The notes beneath the pieces were generated by a model. That model was not told where the DNA came from and ran no database searches. It was given only the letters and a program-made list of their open reading frames with translations. 64,000 nt of DNA from Lachnospiraceae bacterium (GTDB lineage Bacteria > Bacillota > Clostridia > Lachnospirales > Lachnospiraceae), in NCBI GenBank assembly GCA_017469945.1, contig JAFUFI010000015.1, positions 51,427 to 115,426 of the forward strand, in the 5' to 3' direction. Positions 9,421-19,640 of this stretch are shown piece by piece (position 1 is the stretch's first letter; every line of letters starts with the position of its first letter). Both the position numbers and the translations under genes were made by a program.

Positions 9421-11193
9421 GTGAGCAGGAAAAAGAACAGTTTTGAATGCACTCTCCGGTATGTTACAAAGCCTACTGACGAACAGCTGGAGAAGATTAA
9501 AAATTTTGTATATAAAAAGTACGTAAGCGAAGAAATCCCCGAGGAGATAATAAGCTTCGACCTTATCGAAGATAAGTCTTTGGGAGGCGGATTTATCTTA
9601 AAGTGCGGCAATGAACAGTACAATTGGAGTACTAAGGGCCGTACAGAACAGTTTACGGAAACTATCGAGAGACTTAAAAGGAACATGACGCCCGGGATGG
9701 ATGTCATGTCGATTTTGCGTACAACGGTAGAAGAGTTTGAGCTTGCCGCAGCCCACAGACATGTGGGTTACGTTACCTACGTAGGCGACGGTATCGCTAC
9801 CGTAGCGGGAATTCCCCACGCAGCCTACGGCGAGATACTGATTTTTGAATGCGGTATCAAGGGCATGGTTCAGGATATCAGACCTGACGAGATAGCCGCT
9901 ATCCTTTTCGGCTCCGACAGAGAGATAAGAGTCGGAAGCCGCGTTGCAAGAACTGTAAGAAGCGCCGGTGTACCCGTTGGTGAGGATTTCCTCGGAAGAG
10001 TTGTTAACGCTCTCGGCGAGCCTATTGACGGAGAGGGCCCTATTGATGAATCCGACTATCGCCCCGTTGAAAATGCCGCGCCTTCGATCGTAGACAGAAA
10101 ATCCGTTGATACACCTATGGAGACAGGTATCCTTGCAATCGACTCAATGTTCCCCATAGGAAGAGGACAGAGAGAGCTGATAATCGGAGACCGCCAGACG
10201 GGTAAAACTTCCATCGCTCTTGATACCATCATCAACCAAAAGGGCAAGGACGTTGTCTGCGTATATGTTGCTATCGGACAGAAGGCTTCTACCATAGCAA
10301 AATTAGTAGGAAATCTTAAGAAGCACGAGGCTATGGATTACACCGTAGTTGTTAACGCATCGGCTTCGGAGCCTGCACCTATGCAGTATATCGCTCCCTA
10401 TGCCGGCTGCGCTATCGCCGAGTACTTTATGTACAAGGGCAAGGATGTGCTAATAGTATATGACGATCTTTCAAAGCATGCGGTGGCCTACAGAGCACTG
10501 TCGCTACTGCTTGAGAGGCCTCCGGGAAGAGAAGCTTATCCCGGTGACGTTTTCTATCTCCATTCAAGACTGCTTGAGAGGAGTGCAAGATTAAACAAGG
10601 CAAACGGCGGAGGATCCATTACGGCTCTTCCTATTATCGAGACCCAGGCGGGAGACGTTTCGGCGTACATTCCTACTAACGTTATCTCGATAACCGATGG
10701 TCAGATTTATCTTGAGAGTACTTTATTTAATTTAGGTATGAGACCTGCGGTAAACGTAGGACTTTCCGTATCCCGTGTAGGCGGCGCGGCACAGACAAAG
10801 GCTATGAAAAAAGCGGCCGGCTCTATCCGTATCGACCTTGCGCAGTTCAGGGAGATGGAGGTGTTTACCCAGTTTTCTTCAGACCTTGATGCTACTACAA
10901 AGGCCCAGCTTCTCCACGGAAATATCCTGATGGAGCTTTTAAAGCAGCCTCTCGGAAAGCCTCTCAGTATGGCTGAACAGGTTATTACCCTCGTGGCGGC
11001 CAACTCCAGATCTATGGAGGATATTAAGCTTGATGAAGTGAAGCGGTTCCAGATGGCTTTGCTTGAGTTTATTAAGGCTGAGCATTCCGAGATACTTACC
11101 GGTCTTAATCAGTCCGGAAATCTCGATGATGAGATGAAGGGCATGATAATAGATGCCGTTAAGGAATTTAAAGAGGCCTTTAAAAAGGAGTAA
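9421..11193 (+). CDS. atpA: F1 subunit alpha with an N-terminally fused delta (OSCP C-terminal-like) domain
   Basis: Alpha core GDGIA, GRGQRELIIGDRQTGKT, PPGREAYPGDVFYLHSRLLER. An extra ~100 N-terminal aa (EDKSLGGGFILKCGNEQYNWSTKG) resemble the delta C-terminus. 590 aa. Confidence 0.95.
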   Translation: MSRKKNSFECTLRYVTKPTDEQLEKIKNFVYKKYVSEEIPEEIISFDLIEDKSLGGGFILKCGNEQYNWSTKGRTEQFTETIERLKRNMTPGMDVMSILRTTVEEFELAAAHRHVGYVTYVGDGIATVAGIPHAAYGEILIFECGIKGMVQDIRPDEIAAILFGSDREIRVGSRVARTVRSAGVPVGEDFLGRVVNALGEPIDGEGPIDESDYRPVENAAPSIVDRKSVDTPMETGILAIDSMFPIGRGQRELIIGDRQTGKTSIALDTIINQKGKDVVCVYVAIGQKASTIAKLVGNLKKHEAMDYTVVVNASASEPAPMQYIAPYAGCAIAEYFMYKGKDVLIVYDDLSKHAVAYRALSLLLERPPGREAYPGDVFYLHSRLLERSARLNKANGGGSITALPIIETQAGDVSAYIPTNVISITDGQIYLESTLFNLGMRPAVNVGLSVSRVGGAAQTKAMKKAAGSIRIDLAQFREMEVFTQFSSDLDATTKAQLLHGNILMELLKQPLGKPLSMAEQVITLVAANSRSMEDIKLDEVKRFQMALLEFIKAEHSEILTGLNQSGNLDDEMKGMIIDAVKEFKEAFKKE

Positions 11194-11195
11194 TT

Positions 11196-12131
11196 TTGGC
11201 AAATATACGTGAGATTAGCGGGCGTATTCGAAGCATCCGCGATACCATGAAAATTACAAATGCCATGTATATGATCTCCTCCACAAAGCTTCGCAAAGCT
11301 AAAAAAGGGCACGAGGGCAACAGCCCCTATTTTGAAGCTCTTAACAGGATGTATGCGAAGATAATCGAGTCCACCTCCGAGCTTGACAATGTTTATCTTG
11401 ATGAACGTTCGGAGAAAAAGGGCGATGACAGAACGATAGCTCTGATCGTTGTTACTGCGGACAAAGGACTGGCGGGATCTTATAACCATAATGTTATCAA
11501 GCTTGCAGAGCAGATAATGAAAGAATGCGGCTGTAAGACAAAGCTTTATGTGGTAGGAGAAGTAGGCAGGCAATCCTTTGCGGGTAAGAGTGTTAAGATG
11601 GCGGGACAGTTTAAGTACAGCGCTCAAAACCCTTCTCTTCACAGAGCCAGACTTATCAGCGAGGTTATACTCGATGAGTATTTAAAGGGTGAGATCGACG
11701 AGGCGCACATCGTCTTTACTCAGATGAAAAATACCATCTCCAGTGAAGCCGTGGCTATGAGAATTCTGCCTCTTATGTATGAATCTTTGGAGCCGGTTTA
11801 TCCGGCCGACGGAGAGATGATCCCGGAAAAGCCGACTATCAATTTCCTTCCTTCTGCGGAGGATGTGCTTAACAATATTGTGCCGGATATGGTGGTCGGG
11901 GATATTTACAGCGCTCTTGTGGAGTCATTTTGCAGCGAACAGAACGATCGTATGATGGCAATGGATACCGCCAACAAAAACGCGGCGGAGATGATAAGAG
12001 CCCTGTCTATCGAGTACAACAGAGAAAGACAGGCTATGATAACACAGGAGATAACCGAGGTTATAGCCGGTGCAAAGGCTCAAAAGAAAAAGAAAGCTAA
12101 AAGGAAACTTGCCGCTTTGGAAGGCAAGTAG
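11196..12131 (+). CDS. atpG: F1 subunit gamma
   Basis: I..RI.SI..T.KITNAM.MIS..KL, TADKGLAGSYN, RMMAMDTA..NA, YNRERQAMITQEITEVIAGA. Confidence 0.97.
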   Translation: MANIREISGRIRSIRDTMKITNAMYMISSTKLRKAKKGHEGNSPYFEALNRMYAKIIESTSELDNVYLDERSEKKGDDRTIALIVVTADKGLAGSYNHNVIKLAEQIMKECGCKTKLYVVGEVGRQSFAGKSVKMAGQFKYSAQNPSLHRARLISEVILDEYLKGEIDEAHIVFTQMKNTISSEAVAMRILPLMYESLEPVYPADGEMIPEKPTINFLPSAEDVLNNIVPDMVVGDIYSALVESFCSEQNDRMMAMDTANKNAAEMIRALSIEYNRERQAMITQEITEVIAGAKAQKKKKAKRKLAALEGK

Positions 12132-13559
<1,428 letters not shown>

Positions 13560-13562
13560 GAT

Positions 13563-13982
13563 ATGAGCAATTTTTTTTATATCAAGATCCTTGCTACGGA
13601 CAAAGTTTTGTACGAGGGAATGGCGGTCTCGCTCATCTTCCCTGCGCCGGACGGAGAGTTCCAGATAATGGCGCATCACGAAAACGTTGTTGTTGCCTGT
13701 TGCGAGGGCAGTATAAAATTAAAAACGGATGATGATAATAACTGGTACTCGGCTTTCATCGGAATCGGTTTTGTAAGCGTAGAAGACGGTATCGTCACGA
13801 TGCTTGTGGATTACGCAAACTGGCCGGATGAAGTAGAGGAAGCCCGCGCCCGCGAGGCTATGGAGAGAGCTAAGGAACAGCTCCGTCAGGACAAAAGCAT
13901 CCAAGAATATAACCTTTCGAGGGCAGCGCTTGCGCGCGCTATGGTCAGACTGTCACAGCCTGTCAACGCCCCGTTGGAGTAG
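13563..13982 (+). CDS. atpC: F1 subunit epsilon
   Basis: Beta-sandwich (P..DGEFQIMAHHE) plus a C-terminal helical hairpin; last gene of the atp block. Confidence 0.93.
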   Translation: MSNFFYIKILATDKVLYEGMAVSLIFPAPDGEFQIMAHHENVVVACCEGSIKLKTDDDNNWYSAFIGIGFVSVEDGIVTMLVDYANWPDEVEEARAREAMERAKEQLRQDKSIQEYNLSRAALARAMVRLSQPVNAPLE

Positions 13983-13983
13983 T

Positions 13984-15078
13984 ATGCCAACTATCAGTAA
14001 AACTCAAAAAACTATATATACATCGGTTATCAGTATCCTTTTTATCATAATGATCGGGTTTGTGTTTTATATGCAGACGAGGTTTCCTTATGTTTTGGAG
14101 GATTACGACTATTTAAAGAATCTTGCCACTGGAGAAAAGCTTTCTTCCGTTAAAGATATCTTTATGAGTATACCGGAGATAATGAGAGGCGGCGGAAGCA
14201 GTCTGTCTCTTGTTTTACTTCAGTTTATACTTTTGATCGGTGAGAGAGCGGCAGATTTTATCAATGTTTTGTTTTTGCTCATTATCTCGTATCTTATCGG
14301 AAGATGCAGCGGAGCAAAGAGAAAAAACATCCTGTTTACAGCACTTCCGTTTTTCCTTATGATCTCCCTTAATTCGGACTGGAGATATTCTTATCTTTGG
14401 GAGTTTGGCGTTGTTAATTATCTTTTGCCTGCCGTATCATTCCTTATCTTTATCTATATGATTATCTACGAGATGGCATCCGGGGATAAGGCAAAGGGAA
14501 ACCCTGCGGTCAGAGCAGTGCTTGCCTGCGTCTGTGCATTTGTCTGTGCCTGGTCAAATGCTGCCTACGGACTTATTGCTGTCTTTTCATGCATACTTAC
14601 CATCATACTTTCAAAGAAGGTTCTTGGGCTGTACGCAAAAAGATGGGTCTGGATCAGTCTCGGACTGTCTATCAGCGGTAATTTCTTTTACCTGCTTTCA
14701 AGCGGTAACTTTAAAAAGGTTTCCGTTATGAACAGTCAGTATATATCCTTCAGTATTTTTCCGGCCGTTGTTTTGGCCCTTTTAATACTTGCTATCGTAC
14801 TTAGGTGCGGAGGATGGCTTAACGCTGTGCACCTTTTCCTTATAGGGGATCTTTGCATTTGTGTAGCTCTAAGGTTTATTATCGGGTTTATCCCGGGAAT
14901 GTCCATAAACGGGATCCAGATCGCATCCCTTATAGTTTCCCTGGTTCTCTTTTGCAGTCTGCTAAGAAGCTTTATAAGGGAAAACCCTAAGGTTACAGTC
15001 TGGGCTTATCTTTTGGCTTTATGTTCATTTTTATATACCATAGGAAATATGCTTGAAGATATAGGAGGAATAAGCTGA
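13984..15078 (+). CDS. Polytopic membrane protein, DUF6056/GT-C-like
   Basis: About 10 hydrophobic segments; PYVLEDYDY after TM1; WEFGVVNYLLP. ATG 13984 directly follows the atpC stop, so it is preferred over the ORF-track start 13930. Confidence 0.6.
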   Translation: MPTISKTQKTIYTSVISILFIIMIGFVFYMQTRFPYVLEDYDYLKNLATGEKLSSVKDIFMSIPEIMRGGGSSLSLVLLQFILLIGERAADFINVLFLLIISYLIGRCSGAKRKNILFTALPFFLMISLNSDWRYSYLWEFGVVNYLLPAVSFLIFIYMIIYEMASGDKAKGNPAVRAVLACVCAFVCAWSNAAYGLIAVFSCILTIILSKKVLGLYAKRWVWISLGLSISGNFFYLLSSGNFKKVSVMNSQYISFSIFPAVVLALLILAIVLRCGGWLNAVHLFLIGDLCICVALRFIIGFIPGMSINGIQIASLIVSLVLFCSLLRSFIRENPKVTVWAYLLALCSFLYTIGNMLEDIGGIS

Positions 15079-15803
15079 TGAGAATTAAATTTCCTCCATT
15101 CTTAAAAAAGAATCCCTTCGAGCTTTTTGAAAGGGTTGAAAAACCTGTTTTTGCGATAATAATCATCGCGACGCTTTTGGTAAAAGCCTGGCTTTTCGGA
15201 AACAGTACGGGAGAAGGCTTTAATCTTACCGTAGCTCTCGGCGGGCTTTTCTTCCACGAGCTTTTGATCGGTGTTACATTTATGCTGATGGGGGGACAGA
15301 GACTGTCCCAGCTTGCAAGATATATGATCCTTTATCTTGCTTTTATGCCTAATCTAAAATATATGTATCTCACAAGAATACTTGATTTTAAGATTCTTTT
15401 TGAGATACGGGAGGATCTTACAAACGGAAAGACCAAAAACGCTGTAGCTTTCTGGTATCCGGAGCTTACGAAGTACCTTGTGCTTATCATCCCCTTTATA
15501 ATCGTCCTTATTATGGCTGTAAAGACTGAGTACGACAATATCGGAGAGATTAAGCTCTTTAGATTTAAGTATATGGTCTGGGTTGTATTGGCTGCCGTTA
15601 TCGGTGTGCTCATATTGCCCTTCGGTAACTTTGCAAACATCGGACATTTCATTATCACATTTATTATGATAAGCGGAATCTGGAAGCTCTGGGATGCGAT
15701 CCGAAAGAGAAAATCCCTTGAGCCGATGCCTGTTGTGGCATGGGCGGAGATACTACTGTTTTTGGCAATGTTTTTAAAAGGACTGGTGGAGAGTTTTAGC
15801 TGA
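15078..15803 (+). CDS. Hypothetical polytopic membrane protein
   Basis: Several TM segments; ATG overlaps the upstream TGA. Confidence 0.7.
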   Translation: MRIKFPPFLKKNPFELFERVEKPVFAIIIIATLLVKAWLFGNSTGEGFNLTVALGGLFFHELLIGVTFMLMGGQRLSQLARYMILYLAFMPNLKYMYLTRILDFKILFEIREDLTNGKTKNAVAFWYPELTKYLVLIIPFIIVLIMAVKTEYDNIGEIKLFRFKYMVWVVLAAVIGVLILPFGNFANIGHFIITFIMISGIWKLWDAIRKRKSLEPMPVVAWAEILLFLAMFLKGLVESFS

Positions 15804-17050
15804 TGAAGAGACTGATTTTACTTATTGGTTCTACTGAAACGCTGGAATATTTCTCACTCCAAATGGCGGAATACTTCCTTGCGGCAGGCAGGGAAGTTTT
15901 TTTGTGGGATATGGGAAAGCCGGCAGAGAGCATCGATGAATTTGAAAAGATACCCGATAAGGAAAACTCTGTGCTAATAACCTTTAACTTCATCGGCCTT
16001 GGGCGTGAAGGTCAGTTCCTTCGGGGTGGGGTGAGCATCTTTGATATGTACGATATCGAGAAGATATGTATTATGGTTGACTCACCCGTGTATTATTACC
16101 GCTTTTTAAGCCGTAATACCGAGAATCTTAAGCTGATCTGTATCGATAAAAACCACCAAAGATTTGTTGAAAAGTATTATCCTTTTTACGGTAAAGCGGG
16201 CTATATGCCTCTTGCGGGAAATCTTCCTCTTCAAAAGATCTGGGCAGAACCGGGGATACTGGGCAAGGGAGATATAACGGTTTTTGATACTCCGATGCCG
16301 TCTTTTGATAAATGGAAGAAGAGAAACTGCGATATTTTGTTTATTGGGAATTACGTTCCTTTGGAGAGCCTTAATCCTTCCATAAAGAATCTCAGCGATG
16401 ATTATAGGGATTTTATTATGGATATCGCGGGAGAGTTCCTTAAAAATCCAAGCCTTCCCCTGGAGGATGTTTTGATGGACAGGCTTAAGAAGGAATTTCC
16501 GGATTCTTCCGATGATGAATACCTTCAGGCCTGCTATCAGATGATATATATAGATCTTTACGTTCGTAATATGTATAGGGGAAAGCTGGTAACCGCTGTT
16601 GCAGACGCCGGAATAAAGATTCATTGTACCGGAAAGGACTGGGAGAAGGCGCCCTGCAAAAATCCGGAAAATATAATACATACGAAGGGCAGTATAACAA
16701 GTATTCAGTGTCTTGGAGCATTGCAGGATTCAAAGCTTTCTTTAAATATTATGCCCTGGTTTAAGGATGGGGCTCATGACAGGATCTTTAGCTCAATGCT
16801 TTCGGGCTGCACACTTATATCGGACTCGTCGAATTATCTGGATGAGGTGATTAAGGACGAAAAAGATTATTTTAAATTCGATCTAAAGGGGCCTGAAGAG
16901 ACGGCGGAAGAGGTCGTGGCCCTCAGTTTAGAAAAAATTTATAATTTGGAAAAAAGTTACGAAATTGCCGTAAACGGCTATAATACGGCACTTGCTGGAC
17001 ATTTATGGAAAATGAACGCTGAATATGTTCATAAACTGTTCATAAAATAA
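15803..17050 (+). CDS. Glycosyltransferase, CgeB/DUF3880-like (GT-B fold)
   Basis: DILFIGN, SKLSLNIMPWFKDGAHDRIFSSMLSGCTLISD, typical of the Glyco_trans_1_2 C-terminus. Confidence 0.85.
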   Translation: MKRLILLIGSTETLEYFSLQMAEYFLAAGREVFLWDMGKPAESIDEFEKIPDKENSVLITFNFIGLGREGQFLRGGVSIFDMYDIEKICIMVDSPVYYYRFLSRNTENLKLICIDKNHQRFVEKYYPFYGKAGYMPLAGNLPLQKIWAEPGILGKGDITVFDTPMPSFDKWKKRNCDILFIGNYVPLESLNPSIKNLSDDYRDFIMDIAGEFLKNPSLPLEDVLMDRLKKEFPDSSDDEYLQACYQMIYIDLYVRNMYRGKLVTAVADAGIKIHCTGKDWEKAPCKNPENIIHTKGSITSIQCLGALQDSKLSLNIMPWFKDGAHDRIFSSMLSGCTLISDSSNYLDEVIKDEKDYFKFDLKGPEETAEEVVALSLEKIYNLEKSYEIAVNGYNTALAGHLWKMNAEYVHKLFIK

Positions 17051-17088
17051 ACATAGTTTATTCACATTTATGCTATACAATACAGACA

Positions 17089-17167
17089 AATAGGTGATGC
17101 GAGTCACCTATTCTCCCCCCCTCATAAGAAGCATAGTAGGACTTCGGTTCTACTATGTTTTCTTTTT
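17089..17167 (+). ncRNA. Candidate small RNA (5' hairpin, C-rich single strand, cUUCGg terminator)
   Basis: 9-bp stem AATAGGTGA/TCACCTATT, then CTCCCCCCCTC, then a 12-bp stem with C(TTCG)G loop and T tract. A -10-like TACAAT lies at 17076-17081. Confidence 0.5.
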
Positions 17168-17233
17168 ATTCTAAATTCTTTATTTTATGATATAATTATC
17201 TCACTGCAATTATATGAAAGGAATAAGGGAGTT

Positions 17234-17971
17234 ATGAAAAAAAGATTTGTAGCGATTGCTCTTGCCACAGGACTTATGCTCTGCGGATGCGGCGCATCTT
17301 CCGGCGAAAGCCCTGAGGCTGAAAGTATCGAGGCTCCTTTGGAAGCATCAGATGAGTCTTTAGCCGGTGAGTCTTTAGCCGGTGAGCAAAAGGAAGACGA
17401 AGCTGCTTCTATAACTGAGGATGATAACAATAAAGCCGGAGAAGAGACAGAGCAGAAGGACGATACCGGGTTGCAGGATACACAGGATACACAGGATACA
17501 CAGGATACACAGGATACCCCGGAGGATCAAACGGCCATAAATAACGAAACGACACCTTCCGAGCCCGAAGAGCCTACAGAGGGTGCGCCTTTGGATTTTA
17601 TCTCACGTAACGGATATATCGAAGGGACGGAGATGGAGTCTGCTGATCTTGACAACACTCTTTGGGCAGCATTCGAGACTTATAATATTATTGATTATGA
17701 GTATAATGACTATACATCGGATACAGAAGGGTATTTCAGCAACACATATCTGCAGCTTGGAGATATGGGACAAGGCTCTGTAACCCGTGACGGAAAAACC
17801 GAAAACTTTACATACACATTGAATGAATATCCTGACAGTGCTGTGGGTAAAACGGATTCCGGAGAAGATATTTACATGTATTTCTATACTTTCCATTTTG
17901 GCGAAGAGGATTACGAAACCATTTGTTTCGAAATCGGAGCCTGGGCTATTTACTTTTGGCCTTTTGGGTGA
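17234..17971 (+). CDS. Putative lipoprotein with an acidic low-complexity linker
   Basis: MKKRF, hydrophobic core, LMLCGC lipobox; E/D/T-rich linker; aromatic-rich C-terminal domain. Confidence 0.8.
   Translation: MKKRFVAIALATGLMLCGCGASSGESPEAESIEAPLEASDESLAGESLAGEQKEDEAASITEDDNNKAGEETEQKDDTGLQDTQDTQDTQDTQDTPEDQTAINNETTPSEPEEPTEGAPLDFISRNGYIEGTEMESADLDNTLWAAFETYNIIDYEYNDYTSDTEGYFSNTYLQLGDMGQGSVTRDGKTENFTYTLNEYPDSAVGKTDSGEDIYMYFYTFHFGEEDYETICFEIGAWAIYFWPFG
17474..17518 (+). repeat. In-frame 9-bp tandem repeat (CAGGATACA x5, QDT)
   Basis: Read directly at 17474-17518. A 15-bp repeat GAGTCTTTAGCCGGT (ESLAG) x2 also occurs in the same gene near 17354-17383. Confidence 0.95.
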
Positions 17972-17998
17972 TAACGAGTATTTTTAGAGAGGTCGGAG

Positions 17999-18481
17999 AT
18001 GGGCAAAAAGTCAGTCAGAGAAAACAAAAACGAATACCAGTTGGCAAGGGAAAATCTCAATCTTACAAGGGAAGCGGCCAGCGAAATCATGAAATATGTT
18101 TCGGATGACCGTATCGAAAAGATAGAGTCGGAAAAATCGCTGCCCCATCCCGATGAGATTATGCTTATGGCGAAGGCGTACAAGGCACCTCACCTTTGCA
18201 ATTATTTCTGCTCCCATGAATGTCCCATAGGACAGGAAAATGTTCCGGAGCTGGAGTACAAGAGCCTTGCGGAGATCACTCTTGCTATGCTCTCATCCCT
18301 TAACTCAATGGACAAATACAAAAACCGCCTTATAGAGATTACTTCAAACGGAAGAGTTGATGAGGATGAGGTTGAGGATTTTGAGACTATCCGTGAGAAA
18401 TTAGAGCAGATATCCGTTATGACGCAGTCCTTAAAGCTTTGGGTTGATAAAGCAATAGCTGACGGTAAAATGAAATTGTGA
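17999..18481 (+). CDS. XRE-family helix-turn-helix protein with a CII-like C-terminal helical domain
   Basis: YQLARENLNLTREAASE...RIEKIESEKSLPHPDEIMLMAKAY, then LCNYFCSHECPIG. Confidence 0.75.
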   Translation: MGKKSVRENKNEYQLARENLNLTREAASEIMKYVSDDRIEKIESEKSLPHPDEIMLMAKAYKAPHLCNYFCSHECPIGQENVPELEYKSLAEITLAMLSSLNSMDKYKNRLIEITSNGRVDEDEVEDFETIREKLEQISVMTQSLKLWVDKAIADGKMKL

Positions 18482-18485
18482 TAAA

Positions 18486-18528
18486 ACGGCGGAAATTGTA
18501 TGTCTGTATGATTTCCGCCCATTTTTAT
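18486..18528 (+). terminator. Intrinsic terminator
   Basis: GGCGGAAAT...ATTTCCGCC stem followed by ATTTTTATT. Confidence 0.7.
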
Positions 18529-18556
18529 TGACTTTGAATTTGCATGGATATATAAT
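18528..18556 (+). promoter_or_regulatory. Sigma-A promoter of the preQ1/VUT locus
   Basis: TTGACT (18528-18533), 17 bp spacer, TATAAT (18551-18556). Confidence 0.85.
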
Positions 18557-18568
18557 ACTAAAGTTCTG

Positions 18569-18618
18569 CGAGGAGTTCGGCCTCTAAATCCTCCTCGTTA
18601 AATAATAAAACCAAGGAG
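18569..18618 (+). ncRNA. PreQ1 class I riboswitch
   Basis: Stem CGAGGAG/CTCCTCG, loop starting TTC, A-rich tail AAATAATAAAACCAAGGAG running into the RBS. It sits directly upstream of a queuosine-precursor transporter gene. Confidence 0.8.
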
Positions 18619-18625
18619 AAAAACA

Positions 18626-19441
18626 ATGAAATCAAGTATCAAATCGCTGGCTGAGGAGACTAAGATCCTTATGCGCAGCATCCCATCACTCGTCGTAGCG
18701 GCTTATATCGTCGCGCTCGTCACCATGAATCTGCTAGCAAACAAGCTTGTACCTATAAATACAGAATATCTGCTTTTAGATTGCGGATTTTTCGTATCCT
18801 GGGCAGTATTTCTTACAATGGATGTGGTAACAAGGCATTTTGGACCTCGTGCCGCAACTATTCTTTCTGTTGTAGGACTTATCTGCAATCTTTTTGTTGC
18901 GCTTTTACTGTTCTTTTGCGGTAAGTTACCCGGAAGCTGGGGAGAGGCCTATATACCCGGCTTTGAGTCAGTCATCAACACCGCTCTTGATAATACCATA
19001 AGCGGCAACTGGTTTGTCGTATTCGGAAGCAGCCTTGCTTTCCTAAGTTCCGCTGTCGTAAACAATTTCCTGAATTTCTTTATCGGAAGAAAGGTTGAGG
19101 GAAATGTTGTGGGAATGAAGGCCGGATCTTTAGCTTCCACCAAGAAGAAAAACTTCGGAACCTTTGCACTTAGAAGCTATGTTTCTACATTTATCGGCCA
19201 GTTCGTTGATAACCTTGTTTTTGCGCTCGTTGTAAGTCATACGCTTTTCGGGCTTTCACTCTTGCAGTGCATGATCTGTGCCGTAACGGGTGCGGCAGCG
19301 GAGCTTTTGTTCGAGGTTGTGTTCTCACCCATCGGATATAATGTAACTAAGGCTTGGGAGCGCGACGGAGTAGGAAGCGAGTATTTCCGGTTCGTATCTG
19401 AGGCATATTCAAAGAAAAGCGAAGAGCTCAAAGCAGTTTAA
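18626..19441 (+). CDS. VUT (Vut_1/YhhQ, DUF165) family queuosine-precursor transporter
   Basis: MNLLANK, CGFFVSWAVFLTMDVVTRHFGPRAA, RSYVSTFIGQFVDNLVF; multi-TM; preceded by a preQ1 riboswitch. Confidence 0.88.
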   Translation: MKSSIKSLAEETKILMRSIPSLVVAAYIVALVTMNLLANKLVPINTEYLLLDCGFFVSWAVFLTMDVVTRHFGPRAATILSVVGLICNLFVALLLFFCGKLPGSWGEAYIPGFESVINTALDNTISGNWFVVFGSSLAFLSSAVVNNFLNFFIGRKVEGNVVGMKAGSLASTKKKNFGTFALRSYVSTFIGQFVDNLVFALVVSHTLFGLSLLQCMICAVTGAAAELLFEVVFSPIGYNVTKAWERDGVGSEYFRFVSEAYSKKSEELKAV

Positions 19442-19477
19442 AGAACATACGCTTATGGATAAGTGATGTGTAACTAA

Positions 19478-19640
19478 GTGACGGCTGCGCGCTACGCAGC
19501 TATGTATCCGGCACCGCCTCGCGGCTATAGGGTCCTCGTGGCAGCGGTCCTAAGCTCGTACTGCGCATGGCTTGTACTCGCTAAGTACCGGCCTCGGACA
19601 TATTGCCGGATATCATAGCTTGCGCATCACGCAGCCTGAC
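19478..19640 (-). repeat. Structured repeat, copy 1 (resembles the Clostridiales-1 RNA motif family)
   Basis: Reverse complement of 19510-19607 = GGCAATATGTCCGAGGCC...CGAGGACCCTATAGCC-GCGA-GGCGGTGCC, enclosed by its own long outer stem (GGCTGCG...AGCTATG-TATCCGGCA / TGCCGGATA-CATAGCT...CGCAGCC). The family name is from memory and unverified. Confidence 0.7.

Noticed and set aside
17003-17107. 34-aa minus-strand ORF (GTG start after GGGGGAG) as a type I toxin antisense to the sRNA candidate
   Set aside because: Not a clear TM or cationic peptide, overlaps the glycosyltransferase 3' end, and no minus-strand promoter was seen. Worth revisiting only if an antisense transcript is found.
17999-18481. 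Prophage remnant around the XRE gene
   Set aside because: No integrase, structural or lysis genes; the flanks look like host genes.
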